Assembly: GCA_963735285.1 (NCBI GenBank)
Contig: CAVTKN010000013.1
Coordinates: 5,758-69,757 of the forward strand
Source of the DNA: an uncultured Alphaproteobacteria bacterium
GTDB taxonomy: Bacteria; Pseudomonadota; Alphaproteobacteria; Rhizobiales; Xanthobacteraceae
Reading direction: 5' to 3'
DNA length: 64,000 bases
The notes under the pieces are model-generated. The model was not told where the DNA came from. It searched no databases and was given only the letters and a program-made list of their open reading frames with translations. Below, in pieces: positions 29,909 through 38,555 of the stretch (the first letter of the stretch is position 1; every line of letters starts with the position of its first letter). The translations under genes and the position numbers were made by a program.

Positions 29909-29970
29909 GGGGTTGTTAGCAGGATTGGGTGCGCGCGTCGCGGGCGTGGGTGGGGAAGGAACGCGTCGCA

Positions 29971-30092
29971 CACTCTCCGCTGTCATCACCGGGCTTGTCC
30001 CGGTGATCTCGCTTGAGGGAACTGCAGTGCCCGACTAATGGCGGGATAGGCCGGGCACGCTTCAGCAGACGATTGCCCGGCCATGACCTGCG
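29971..30092. repeat. family A unit plus degenerate partner
   Basis: CTCTCCGCTGTCATCACCGGGCTTGTCCCGGTGATCTCGCTTGAGG ... TTGCCCGGCCATGAC. Confidence 0.7.
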
Positions 30093-30093
30093 G

Positions 30094-30812
30094 TCACTCC
30101 AACGGTCGTCCCGTCATGGCAGCGAGATCGCGCACCAGCCGGTCGGAGATCTGCCCGGTCACCGGCAGCTTGTGGTCGCGCTCGAACTTCTCGATCGCAG
30201 CCTTCGTTGCCGGATCGAACTGACCGCTCGGCTTGATCTGCCCGTAGCCAAAGTCAGCGAGCGCGCGCTGGACCGCCATCACGCGCTTGGAAGGCGCGAT
30301 CAACTTGGCGATCGGATCGGCCGGCACAGGCTCCGCCGTCGTGCTCGCCGCCTTCGCATTGGACGCGATGATCGCGCGCAGCAGGTGTCGCTTGCTTCCG
30401 GATTGATCTTCACGCCGGCGGCCTGCGCGAAATCACGCACGGCGATGTCGGTCTTCGAGCCCCAGATGCCGTCGGCCGGGCCGTCGTAGAAACCCTTGCG
30501 GGTCAATTCGCGCTGGATGCTGGCGATCATCTGCGTGCGCGCCAGCGCCGAGGTCTCCACCGCCGCATTGGGCTGCACGCCCTGGATGCGCGGCGGGATT
30601 GCCGCCTCCTCGCGGTGAAGCATCGGCCGCGCCGCAAAGATCGGCGCCGGATGCGGCCCCTTCTGCAAAAACAGCGCGTTGACGAAAATCGTGAAGGTCG
30701 CAACCGTCGCCATCAAAATGGCAACGAATTCGCGCGGATGCTCGCCGATCACGGCGGCAAAGCGGCCGGCGGTTTCGAAAGTCGTTTCCCTGCGTGCGGA
30801 TCGCCTAGGCAC
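30094..30812 (-). pseudogene. membrane-anchored protein with two peptidoglycan-binding (PG_binding_1-like) domains, frameshifted
   Basis: ORF 30300-30812 reads ...IQRELTRKGFYDGPADGIWGSKTDIAVRDFAQAAGVKINPEASDT. The sense continues in the ORF 30094-30327 frame as LLRAIIASNAK...VMAVQRALADFGYGQIKPSGQFDPATKAAIEKFERDHKLPVTGQ. The junction is about 30384. Confidence 0.7.
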
Positions 30813-32641
30813 TTTTCTTCACCTGATAATTTGTAACGACGGGAATGTCGCGCAACTCTTTCGCACTGCGTTCGGCCACCAGCTTGATCGGGTTGGCGGC
30901 GCGCGGACGATCGCCCTCGATCGGCAAACGCACGGTGACGCGCGTGCCCTCGCCGAGACGGCTGCGGATGTCGACCTCGCCGCCGTGCAGGCCGACCAGG
31001 CCCTTGACGATCGACAGGCCCAAGCCTGAGCCGTCCTGGCGGCGGTCATACGATGCATCGGCCTGGAAGAAGGCCTCGCCCAGGCGCGGCAGGTCGGCCT
31101 CGCCGATGCCGACGCCGTTGTCCTCGACCGTGACCGCGAAGTTCGGCCCGTCGCACAGCGCGCTCACGGTGACGGCGCCGCCGCGCTGGGTGAACTTGAT
31201 GGCATTGGAAATGAGGTTGATCAGGATCTGGTTGAAGGCGCGGCGGTCGGCCGCAACGTCGGGCAAGCCGTGCGCGAGGCGAATTTTAAGCTCGATGCCG
31301 GAATCGCGCGCCTTGAGCGCCAGCAGGTCCGTGCAGCTTTCGATGGCCGCGGCCGGCGCGAAGGGCTCGCGCGTGATCTCGAAATGACCGTTTTCCATCT
31401 TCGAGACGTCGAGGATGCCGTTCACCACCGCCAGCAGGTGCCGGCCGGACTCGTTGATCAGCCGCGCGTACTCGAGCTTGCGCGCGGCATCGAGCTCGAG
31501 CGTCTCGTTGGTCAGCATGTCGGAGAAGCCGATGATGGCATTGAGCGGCGTGCGCAGCTCGTGGCTCATGGTGGCGATGAAACGGCTCTTGGCGGCGCTG
31601 GCGCGATCGCTCTCCGCGCGCGCGGCTTCGATGGTCAATTCCTGCGCCTTGCGGTCGCTGATATCGCGCAGCACCGCGACCACTTCACGGTCGGCTGGCT
31701 TATCTTCACCGGCGGCGTAATTGCAGCGGCCGGCAGCGCATCTCGGCCCAGATGAAGCGGCCGGCATGCTGTGCATCGGGCTCGCGGCGGATGCGGAATT
31801 CGAGCGCGCGCTCTTCGTTGCGCGTGGCGGCATCGGACAGCGCGGCGAGATAAGCGGGGCGATCGGCGACATGGACGCGGTCGAACAGGCCATTGCGCAA
31901 CAGCTCGTTGAGCGGCACGCCGAGCAGCGCTTCGGCCGCCGGCGAGACAAACAGCACGGCGCCGTTGCGGCCGTGGCGCACGATGACGTCCGTCATGTTG
32001 CGGGCGAGCAGCCGGTAGCGGTCTTCTTCGGCGTGCAGCATCCAGAAACTGGTGCGCGTGAGCTGCTCGGCGCCGAGCGCAAGACCGGTGGCGTAGAGCG
32101 CCGCCGGGATAATGCCGAGGGCGGCGAGGATGTGTGTTTGCGCCGGCGCCAGAGACGCGGGCAGCGAGCCGGCAAAGCCAAGCGCGAGCAAAAGAGAGGC
32201 CGCGGTCAGCGTAAAGATCGACGCCAGCACGATGACGCGGCGCGAGGCGGAGAGCGCGGCTTCCAGCGGCACGACCACCAGCCAGATCGCGGCGAACGAG
32301 CCGATGCCGCCGGTGAACAGCGCCAGCGTGCCGGCGAGAACCGTGAGCGACAGCGAAGAGAGAATGTGCGCGGTTTCGTAGCGGCCGGTTCGCGACAGAT
32401 ACGTGACGATCAGGATCGGCGCCACCAGCCAGGCAAAGACGCCGACCTCGAGCGCGCCCGGCACGCCGCGCAGGACAATGTATATGGGGAAGCTTGCGAG
32501 CGCGACGAAGCTGCCGAGCAGGCGCGGCGCGATGAAGGCGCGATGGCGCGCAGCCGTCAACGCATCCTGCCGGGCCGTTGGGTGGACCAGGGCGTCGACG
32601 TAATTCCAGATTGGCGTGAGAAAACTCACCGTCCCTGTCAC
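30805..32641 (-). pseudogene. sensor histidine kinase (multi-TM N-terminus, PAS, HisKA, HATPase_c), frameshifted
   Basis: ORF 31706-32641 gives the TM region and PAS start (...DRYRLLARNMTDVIVRHGRNGAVLFVSPAAE...GRFIWAEMRCRPL). ORF 30805-31950 continues NYAAGEDKPADREVVAVLRDISDRK...SRFIATMSHELRTPLNAIIGFS...GSGLGLSIVKGLV. The junction is about 31718-31724. Confidence 0.8.
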
Positions 32642-32948
32642 TCACGTCTTGACAAAACAGACGCGCCCCTATTGCGTGGTGGACCTTATGGCAGAGCCGC
32701 TTAAGCGAAAGCTAAGGCAGGCCCTTTGCAACGCCCGAACCGCCTTTGCGGTGACGCTACACGCCAGATCGGGCCGCCATTTGACGGTCATGGTGAAATT
32801 TCAGTTGCCGCGGCGGCGATGGCGGGGGGCGGTGCGATGACGGGCACTGGGATGGCGCATGACCGGGTCACGGCGGGCTTTGTTACCGATGTGGTAACCA
32901 TGAGGGTGTGCGGCGATGAAGCAGCACCGCTACTCTCGTTCGCCTGAA

Positions 32949-33125
32949 CTCTCGCCGTCATCACCGGGCTTGTCCCGGTGATCCCGCTTAGCGGGCACTG
33001 TACTCTCCTAAGCGAGATGGCCGGGACAAGCCCGGCCATGACAAATGAGAGGCTGCGCTCCTTAGCGAGATCCCGGGACAGCCGGGCCGGCCGCCGAGTT
33101 GCCCGGCCATGACAACTGAGAGGCC
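32949..33125. repeat. family A compound element (three units)
   Basis: CTCTCGCCGTCATCACCGGGCTTGTCCCGGTGATCCCGCTTAG ... CCTAAGCGAGATGGCCGGGACAAGCCCGGCCATGACAAATGAGAGG ... TTGCCCGGCCATGACAACTGAGAGG. Confidence 0.85.
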
Positions 33126-33257
33126 ACCGATCATTAAATTTTAATCAACTTTGCCCAAAAACCTCCGGGCCTTGCGAACAACAGCTTCAGCCCTCTCTGT
33201 TACGGTTTGTCTCAAAGGCGGCGAAAAAGCCGCGGGGATTTGCTGCGGGTGAGGGTC

Positions 33258-33733
33258 ATGTTCTTTCTTCTGCGTATGGCGTTCTGGCTGGGCGTTGTCT
33301 GCGTGCTGCTCTCGAGCGGCGGCCAGTCGACGTCTCCCGAAGCGCAGATCGATGCCGCGCAAGCGGTCACGCTGGCGAGCGCCGCGGTGACCGACGTGCG
33401 CGGGTTCTGCGAACGCCAGCCCGATGCCTGCGAGGCCGGCGGCAAGGTCGCGGTTGCGATCGGCCACAAGGCCGAAGCCGGCGCGCGCACGCTTTATGAC
33501 TTCATCAGCAGGCTGCGCGAGAAATCGGCCGACAAGGCCGACGGCATGACGGAAAGACCGACAGCAAGACTGTTCCCGCATCACTGGCCGGTAAAAGCAA
33601 TGCGGGCACCACCGGTAGCGTAGGCACCTTGGGCCATACGGGCACTCTGACCCCGACGGATCTCACACCCGCCTGGCATGCCCCGGTTCCGCTGCCGCCG
33701 CGCCGCGACGCACGCGCCAACCCGGCGGCGTAG
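33258..33733 (+). pseudogene. DUF5330-like small membrane protein, frameshifted
   Basis: ATG 33258 gives MFFLLRMAFWLGVVCVLL...FCERQPDACEAGGKVAVAIGHKAEAGARTLYDFI...KADGMT. The sense continues one frame over as KTDSKTVPASLAGKSNAGTTGSVGTLGHTGTLTPTDLTPAWHAPVPLPPRRDARANPAA, stopping at 33731-33733. The junction lies in the A-run at 33553-33555. Confidence 0.65.
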
Positions 33734-33770
33734 GCACCTGCCTGAATTCGGAGTCAGCCGAAAAGCTCGG

Positions 33771-33908
33771 CCTCTCATCCGTCATGGCCGGGCAACCGGG
33801 ACCGCGCGAAGCGCGGCCCGGCTGTAAACTTGTCCCGGCCATCTCGCTTAGGAAGGCACTGCACCCCTAAGCGAGATCACCGGGATCAAGCCCGGTGATG
33901 ACGGCGGA
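33771..33908. repeat. family A compound element, nested-hairpin variant plus partner
   Basis: CCTCTCATCCGTCATGGCCGGG[CAACCGGGACCGCGCGAAGCGCGGCCCGGCTGTAAA]CTTGTCCCGGCCATCTCGCTTAGG ... CCTAAGCGAGATCACCGGGATCAAGCCCGGTGATGAC. Confidence 0.85.
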
Positions 33909-33967
33909 AAGTCGTGCGCGTGTTCAGCCGTTTGTCCCGCAGCCCCGGCCATCCTATATATACCCCC

Positions 33968-34399
33968 ATGACGTCCATCGATGAGATCGTTGAGAACTTC
34001 GCGCTGCTCGAGGAGTGGGATGACCGCTACCGCTATGTCATCGAGCTCGGGCGCATGCTCGCGCCATTGCCGGAGCGCGACCACATCGACGCCAACAAGG
34101 TGCAGGGCTGCGCCAGCCAGGTCTGGCTGGTCACGCACGTGAAGCCCGACGGTGCCGCCGGGCCGGTGCTCACCTTCGAGGGCGACAGCGACGCGCATAT
34201 CGTGCGCGGGCTGATGGCGATCCTGCTGGCGCTTTATTCCGGCAAGCCCGCGCGCGACATCATCGCCACCGACGCGCTCGCACTGTTCGACCGCATCGGC
34301 CTGCGCGAGAACCTCACGCCGCAACGCTCGAACGGCCTGCGCGCCATGGTGGAGCGCATCCGCGCCGAAGCCAATGCGGCGCAGGCGGCGGTGGTTTAA
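33968..34399 (+). CDS. sufE: cysteine desulfuration protein SufE
   Basis: ATG 33968 lies within ORF 33914-34399. The SufE signature is ...NKVQGCASQVWL...FEGDSDAHIVRGL...LTPQRSNGL. Confidence 0.85.
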   Translation: MTSIDEIVENFALLEEWDDRYRYVIELGRMLAPLPERDHIDANKVQGCASQVWLVTHVKPDGAAGPVLTFEGDSDAHIVRGLMAILLALYSGKPARDIIATDALALFDRIGLRENLTPQRSNGLRAMVERIRAEANAAQAAVV

Positions 34400-34445
34400 G
34401 TCTCCACGAAAAAATTGGTCACGCAGCGCGGGCTCACGCCTTCCG

Positions 34446-34622
34446 CTGTCGTCCCCGCGAAAGCGGGGACCCAGGGCCCACCGCCTCTCATTTGTCATGG
34501 CCGGGCAACCGGGACCGCGCGAAGCGCGGCCCGGCTGTACTTGTCCCGGTGATCCCGCTTAGGGACGCAGTGCCCTCCTAAGCGAGATGGCCGGGACAAG
34601 CCCGGTGATGACAACGGAGAGG
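34446..34622. repeat. family B unit followed by family A nested-variant compound element
   Basis: GTCGTCCCCGCGAAAGCGGGGACCCAGG, then CCTCTCATTTGTCATGGCCGGG[CAACCGGGACCGCGCGAAGCGCGGCCCGGCTGTA]CTTGTCCCGGTGATCCCGCTTAGG ... CCTAAGCGAGATGGCCGGGACAAGCCCGGTGATGACAACGGAGAGG. Confidence 0.85.
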
Positions 34623-34659
34623 TGACCTTTCGAACGGAGTCTGTCGGTCGTTCACTCCG

Positions 34660-35283
34660 TCACACACTCTCCACCCCAAACTCCGCATCCTCCGCCAGCC
34701 ACGTGCGCACAGGCGCGCGTCGTGGCCCGCGCGCCTGCGCGGCATAGCCGTAATGCCGGGCAAGGCGGTCGAGCGCGAGCAGCAGCACGACCTTGCCGGA
34801 GCGCGCCGGCCAGGCGCGGTCGCGCTCGACGTCAACGATCCCCTTGAGGAAGCAGCAGATGTCGACCAGCAGGCCGGCGAATTCCGGCCCGACTGAATCG
34901 AGCGCACCATGCACGCGCTGGCGCGCCGCCACCATCGCGTCGGTCGCGCTCGCTGCGCGCTCGCCGCCACGGCGGCCGGATGAGATCGGGCTCGACCAGC
35001 TGGCGGTGGTGCGCGGCATCAGATGCGCCAGCGTGAAATCAACGCGCAGGCGTTCGCCGGCCTGCAACTGATGCTGCTCGATCAGCGCGCGGCCATCGCG
35101 CCCGCGCCGCCGCGCGAGCCAGGCCAGCGGGCTTTCACTGTCATCGATCGTGACTCTGGCTTTTCCAAATTCGGAAACGATCTCGCGTTCCGCCAGCGCC
35201 AGATGACGCGCGCGAAACGCTCCGACCTCGGCCCGCGGCTGGTCCGGCACCGCGCGGATGGGTCTGCGTCCGGGCACGCTCAT
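34660..35283 (-). CDS. DUF6456-like protein
   Basis: 207-aa intact ORF: ...ESPLAWLARRRGRDGRALIEQHQLQAGERLRVDFTLAHLMPRTTASW...GPEFAGLLVDICCFLKG... The family assignment is from memory. Confidence 0.55.
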   Translation of the reverse strand: MSVPGRRPIRAVPDQPRAEVGAFRARHLALAEREIVSEFGKARVTIDDSESPLAWLARRRGRDGRALIEQHQLQAGERLRVDFTLAHLMPRTTASWSSPISSGRRGGERAASATDAMVAARQRVHGALDSVGPEFAGLLVDICCFLKGIVDVERDRAWPARSGKVVLLLALDRLARHYGYAAQARGPRRAPVRTWLAEDAEFGVESV

Positions 35284-35442
35284 GGGCGGGCCCGGTGGTT
35301 GTCACGTTTGTTCAGACGGTCATTTCCATTCATCAGCGCATTCCTTGATAGGAATACGTACCTATTCGATCGCGGTCCGATGCGCAAGACGATTTAGGAA
35401 TTTTATCCGAAATTATTTTGTGGGGGGAATGCGTGCGCCACA

Positions 35443-35692
35443 CACTCTGTCATGCCCGGGCTTGTCGCGGGCATCTCGCTTAGGAAGGCACTGCGTCCCT
35501 AAGCGAGATCACCGGGACATAGGCCGGTGCGACAGCGGACGGCCGTGCCTGTGATGGAGCGGGACGTACTGCCCAGGCGATGACAGCGGGACAAGGCGAC
35601 TGCACGCTCCTATGCGAGACTGCCCGGCGATCAAGTTTACAGGCACGGCGTCCGGCTAAGCGAGCCGGACCCGGTAAGCCCGGGCATGACGG
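35443..35692. repeat. family A cluster (at least four units, some degenerate)
   Basis: CTCTGTCATGCCCGGGCTTGTCGCGGGCATCTCGCTTAGG ... CCTAAGCGAGATCACCGGGACATAGGCCGGTGCGAC ... GGCTAAGCGAGCCGGACCCGGTAAGCCCGGGCATGAC. Confidence 0.8.
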
Positions 35693-35702
35693 CCTTTGGC
35701 CG

Positions 35703-36122
35703 TCACTTCGCCCTTCGCCGGCGTTGCTGGCCGAGGCCCATCTGCTTGGCCAATTGCGAGCGCGCGGCGGCGTAATTCGGCGCGACCATCGGATAGTCGC
35801 TGCTCAGGCCCCATTTCTCGCGGTACTGCTCCGGCGTCATATTGTACTGCGTGCGCAGATGCCGCTTGAGCGACTTGAACTTCTTCCCGTCCTCCAAACA
35901 GACGATGAATTCCGGCGTGATCGATTTCTTCACGGAGATCGCCGGCTTCAGCGGCTCGGACGAGCCCTCAGCCTGTTTGCCCGACACGCGGCTGAGCGCG
36001 GCGTGCACCTGGTTGATCAGGCTCGCGATCTCGCCCGCCGGGACCGTGTTGTTGCTGACATAAGCGGAGACGATTTCCGCGGTCAGCTCGATGAAATTTC
36101 CGTTGCTGTTTGTGTCGCTCAT
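35703..36122 (-). CDS. mucR: MucR/Ros family zinc-finger transcriptional regulator
   Basis: ATG 36122 gives [25 protein letters not shown]...[49 protein letters not shown]. This is a diagnostic Ros/MucR sequence. Confidence 0.9.
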   Translation of the reverse strand: MSDTNSNGNFIELTAEIVSAYVSNNTVPAGEIASLINQVHAALSRVSGKQAEGSSEPLKPAISVKKSITPEFIVCLEDGKKFKSLKRHLRTQYNMTPEQYREKWGLSSDYPMVAPNYAAARSQLAKQMGLGQQRRRRAK

Positions 36123-36478
36123 TGACGTCGTCCTATGCACGCTGCCGCGTTGCGCTGCCCTCTTCACGTTGCGCGTTCGACACGGATGCCGTCGCGCAGA
36201 CTCTTTTTGCTTTTTAGAACTACTTTTTAGAAACAGACTTCCGATGCCGCCGTTTTGGTGTTCTTTAGCCCTCGCCCGCTATTTCTTGCGCATTACTTCT
36301 TGCGCGCCGAATAACGGTTCAGCCCCTATATTTAAAACTACTATCGGCCATCAATGGCTGCAAGAAAAAGATCGCAGTCTATCGCGACAATTATTGGTCA
36401 AATGCGACTTATACGGCGCGTCATCAACAAAGCCGAAGATGAACCTGGCGCACGGCGCCGGATGAACTGCTGCGCGCG
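36123..36478. promoter_or_regulatory. AT-rich mucR upstream region (likely promoter and autoregulatory target)
   Basis: This is the lowest-GC intergenic stretch nearby (TTTTTGCTTTTTAGAACTACTTTTTAGAAAC..., TATATTTAAAACTACTATCGG). MucR/Ros proteins are known to bind AT-rich DNA and to autoregulate. No site is mapped here. Confidence 0.35.
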
Positions 36479-36506
36479 CTATGTATTCTTCGCTATGAAT
36501 TCTTCG

Positions 36507-37534
36507 CTATGAATTCTTTTCGAGATGGCTGCGCAGCTCATTGATCGAGGCAAAACGCAGGGTGCCCTGCGGCAGCTCGGCCTCGATCGAACCGTCGACA
36601 TAGAGCGTATAGCCCATGCCGTCGACGACGCCCGATTTGAGGATCGCGACCGTGCGCGGCTTTTCCGGTTCCGCGCGCCTGGCGGGCGCGGCACCTGCGG
36701 GCGCACCGGAAGAAAGGCCCGACGAGGGCTTTTGGCAGCCTTGCTCTCGACCTTTCCTTCGGCCGGCCACATTGCGTCGAAATTCGCCGGCTGCGTTCGC
36801 GCAGCCGGATTGGCGTCGAAATTGGCCGGCTGCGTTCGCGCAGCCGGATTGGCGTCGAAATTGGCCGGCTGCGTCCGCGGCGGCGCAGAGGGTGCGCCCG
36901 CTGCGGGCGGCGGCACCCGCCAGTCAAACGAATCCGACGTCCGGTCGAGCGCCCCGGGCGGCATCCCGGCAGGCGCTGGAGCGCCCTGCGGATGGCGCGG
37001 CGACAGCGAAATATCGTCGTCGACCGGCGCCTCATCCGGGTTGGGCAGCGACGGCGCGAAGGATTGGTCCGCTCGCTCGTCCATTGGCGCGCCGGTTTTG
37101 GGCGCGGCCATTGGAGCGCCCATGGGAGCGCCTAAGGGCTCCGGCTCGAAGTCAAAGGGATCGGCCTTCTGCCTTGGCGGAAACGGTGCGCGGCCGCCAG
37201 CGCTAGCTGATTGCGCGACCGGCGCCGGCGTCAGTGCCGACGCAACGGCAGGCGCCAATCCAGCGCCTTTGCGCGGGACGGCGATGGGTTCGAGGTCCTC
37301 CAGGGGCATGGCGAGCCGGGCATTGGCGGGATCGGCCAGCATCCCCGCAATCCGCCGCAGCTGCCCCACGGCGATACCGATCGCGATGATAACGAGGCCG
37401 CCAACCGAGGCGGTGGTGCCGGCGCTGATGAGGGTATTTCCGAAGCTGAACTCGTTGATCGGAATACCAAATCCAATCATCACGAGGCCCGCGACAACGG
37501 CAAATACACCAATGCCAAACAACAAAACCGGCAT
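36507..37534 (-). pseudogene. membrane-anchored Pro/Ala-rich protein with a conserved C-terminal domain, frameshifted
   Basis: ORF 36479-37534 gives two TM helices (MPVLLFGIGVFAVVAGLVMIGFGIP...) and a low-complexity region with a 13-aa repeat. The conserved end, ...AEPEKPRTVAILKSGVVDGMGYTLYVDGSIEAELPQGTLRFASINELRSHLEKNS, is in the ORF 36507-36770 frame. The junction is about 36773. Confidence 0.6.
36771..36887. repeat. 39-bp tandem repeat, three copies (the copy at the low-coordinate end is 38 bp)
   Basis: ATTGGCGTCGAAATTGGCCGGCTGCGTTCGCGCAGCCGG is present in two full copies, plus ATTGCGTCGAAATTCGCCGGCTGCGTTCGCGCAGCCGG. On the minus strand it encodes ARTQPANFDANPA. Confidence 0.85.
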
Positions 37535-37854
37535 GCCCTTCCAATCCTCCCCAGGTCAGTCCCTTTGGACCAGCAACTTTCGCCGTGTTTTGCCGGCTAA
37601 ATTCTTCTGGCAATGGCGAATTCTCGCATTTTTCGAGCGCGGGCGGCAACTCCTAAAGTGACACTTGTCTGACAGAAGGATGTCGGCCACCAGACTCACG
37701 TCTGCCGCACCGGTTTCGGCCCAGTCTGCCGTTGCCCCGGGCCGCGCCACCGCCTAATTAGCTTGGTTGAGGAACTCGCCCGGGGACGAACCGGTTTCAT
37801 CCCGAGGCCGGATTATTCGGCACTTATCCTTTAGTTGTTCGAGGAGGACACATA

Positions 37855-38457
37855 ATGACGTTCAAACTGCCCGACCTGCCTTATTCCCACGACGCGCTCG
37901 CGCCCTACATGTCGCGCGAAACGCTCGAGTATCACCACGACAAGCATCACAAGGCCTATGTCGACAACGGCAACAAGCTGCTCGAAGGCAGCGGCCTGGA
38001 AGGCAAATCGCTTGAAGAGGTGGTGAAGGGCTCGTTCGGCAAGAATGCCGGCCTCTTCAACAATGCCGGCCAGCACTACAACCACACGCATTTCTGGCAG
38101 TGGATGAAACCGAACGGCGGCGGCGACAAGATTCCCGCCAAGCTGAAGGCCAAGATCGACAGCGATCTCGGCGGCGTCGCCAAGATGAAGGAAGATTTCA
38201 CGCAAGCCGGCATCACCCAGTTCGGGTCCGGCTGGGCCTGGATCGCGGTCAAGGACGGCAAGCTGATCATCAGCAAGACGCCGAACGGCGAAAATCCGCT
38301 GGTGCACGGCGCGACGCCGATCCTCGGCTGCGATGTGTGGGAACACTCCTACTACATCGACTATCGCAACCGCCGGCCTGATTATCTCAAGGCGTTCCTC
38401 GACAACCTGGTGAACTGGGAACACGTCGAGGCCATGTTCACCGCGGCGAGCAAGTAA
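37855..38457 (+). CDS. sodB: Fe/Mn superoxide dismutase
   Basis: MTFKLPDLPYSHDALAPYMSRETLEYHHDKHH...NNAGQHYNHTHFW...DVWEHSYYIDYRNRRPDY, preceded by a GAGGAGGA RBS. Confidence 0.95.
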   Translation: MTFKLPDLPYSHDALAPYMSRETLEYHHDKHHKAYVDNGNKLLEGSGLEGKSLEEVVKGSFGKNAGLFNNAGQHYNHTHFWQWMKPNGGGDKIPAKLKAKIDSDLGGVAKMKEDFTQAGITQFGSGWAWIAVKDGKLIISKTPNGENPLVHGATPILGCDVWEHSYYIDYRNRRPDYLKAFLDNLVNWEHVEAMFTAASK

Positions 38458-38512
38458 ACATATCGCCAAAAAGATCGCCAAGACGATCACCAAGAGTTCG
38501 ACCGCTTCCGCA

Positions 38513-38555
38513 CGTCGGTCGGCAGTGACCCCTGCCGACCGATGTGCTGTTTTTG
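38513..38555 (+). terminator. putative sodB terminator
   Basis: Hairpin CGTCGGTCGGCAG-TGACCC-CTGCCGACCGATG followed by TGCTGTTTTT. It overlaps the annotated start of the next ORF. Confidence 0.45.

Noticed and set aside
32949-35692. Repeated ~30-45-nt palindromic units that could be mistaken for a CRISPR array.
   Set aside because: The spacing is irregular. Units occur in both orientations and as inverted pairs. Real genes (DUF5330, sufE, DUF6456) sit between them, and no cas genes are present.
36484-36520. Short tandem duplication GAATTCTTCGCTAT (about 2.5 copies) at the stop codon of the 36507-37534 gene.
   Set aside because: It is too short and is a local slippage product. No functional inference is possible beyond noting it.
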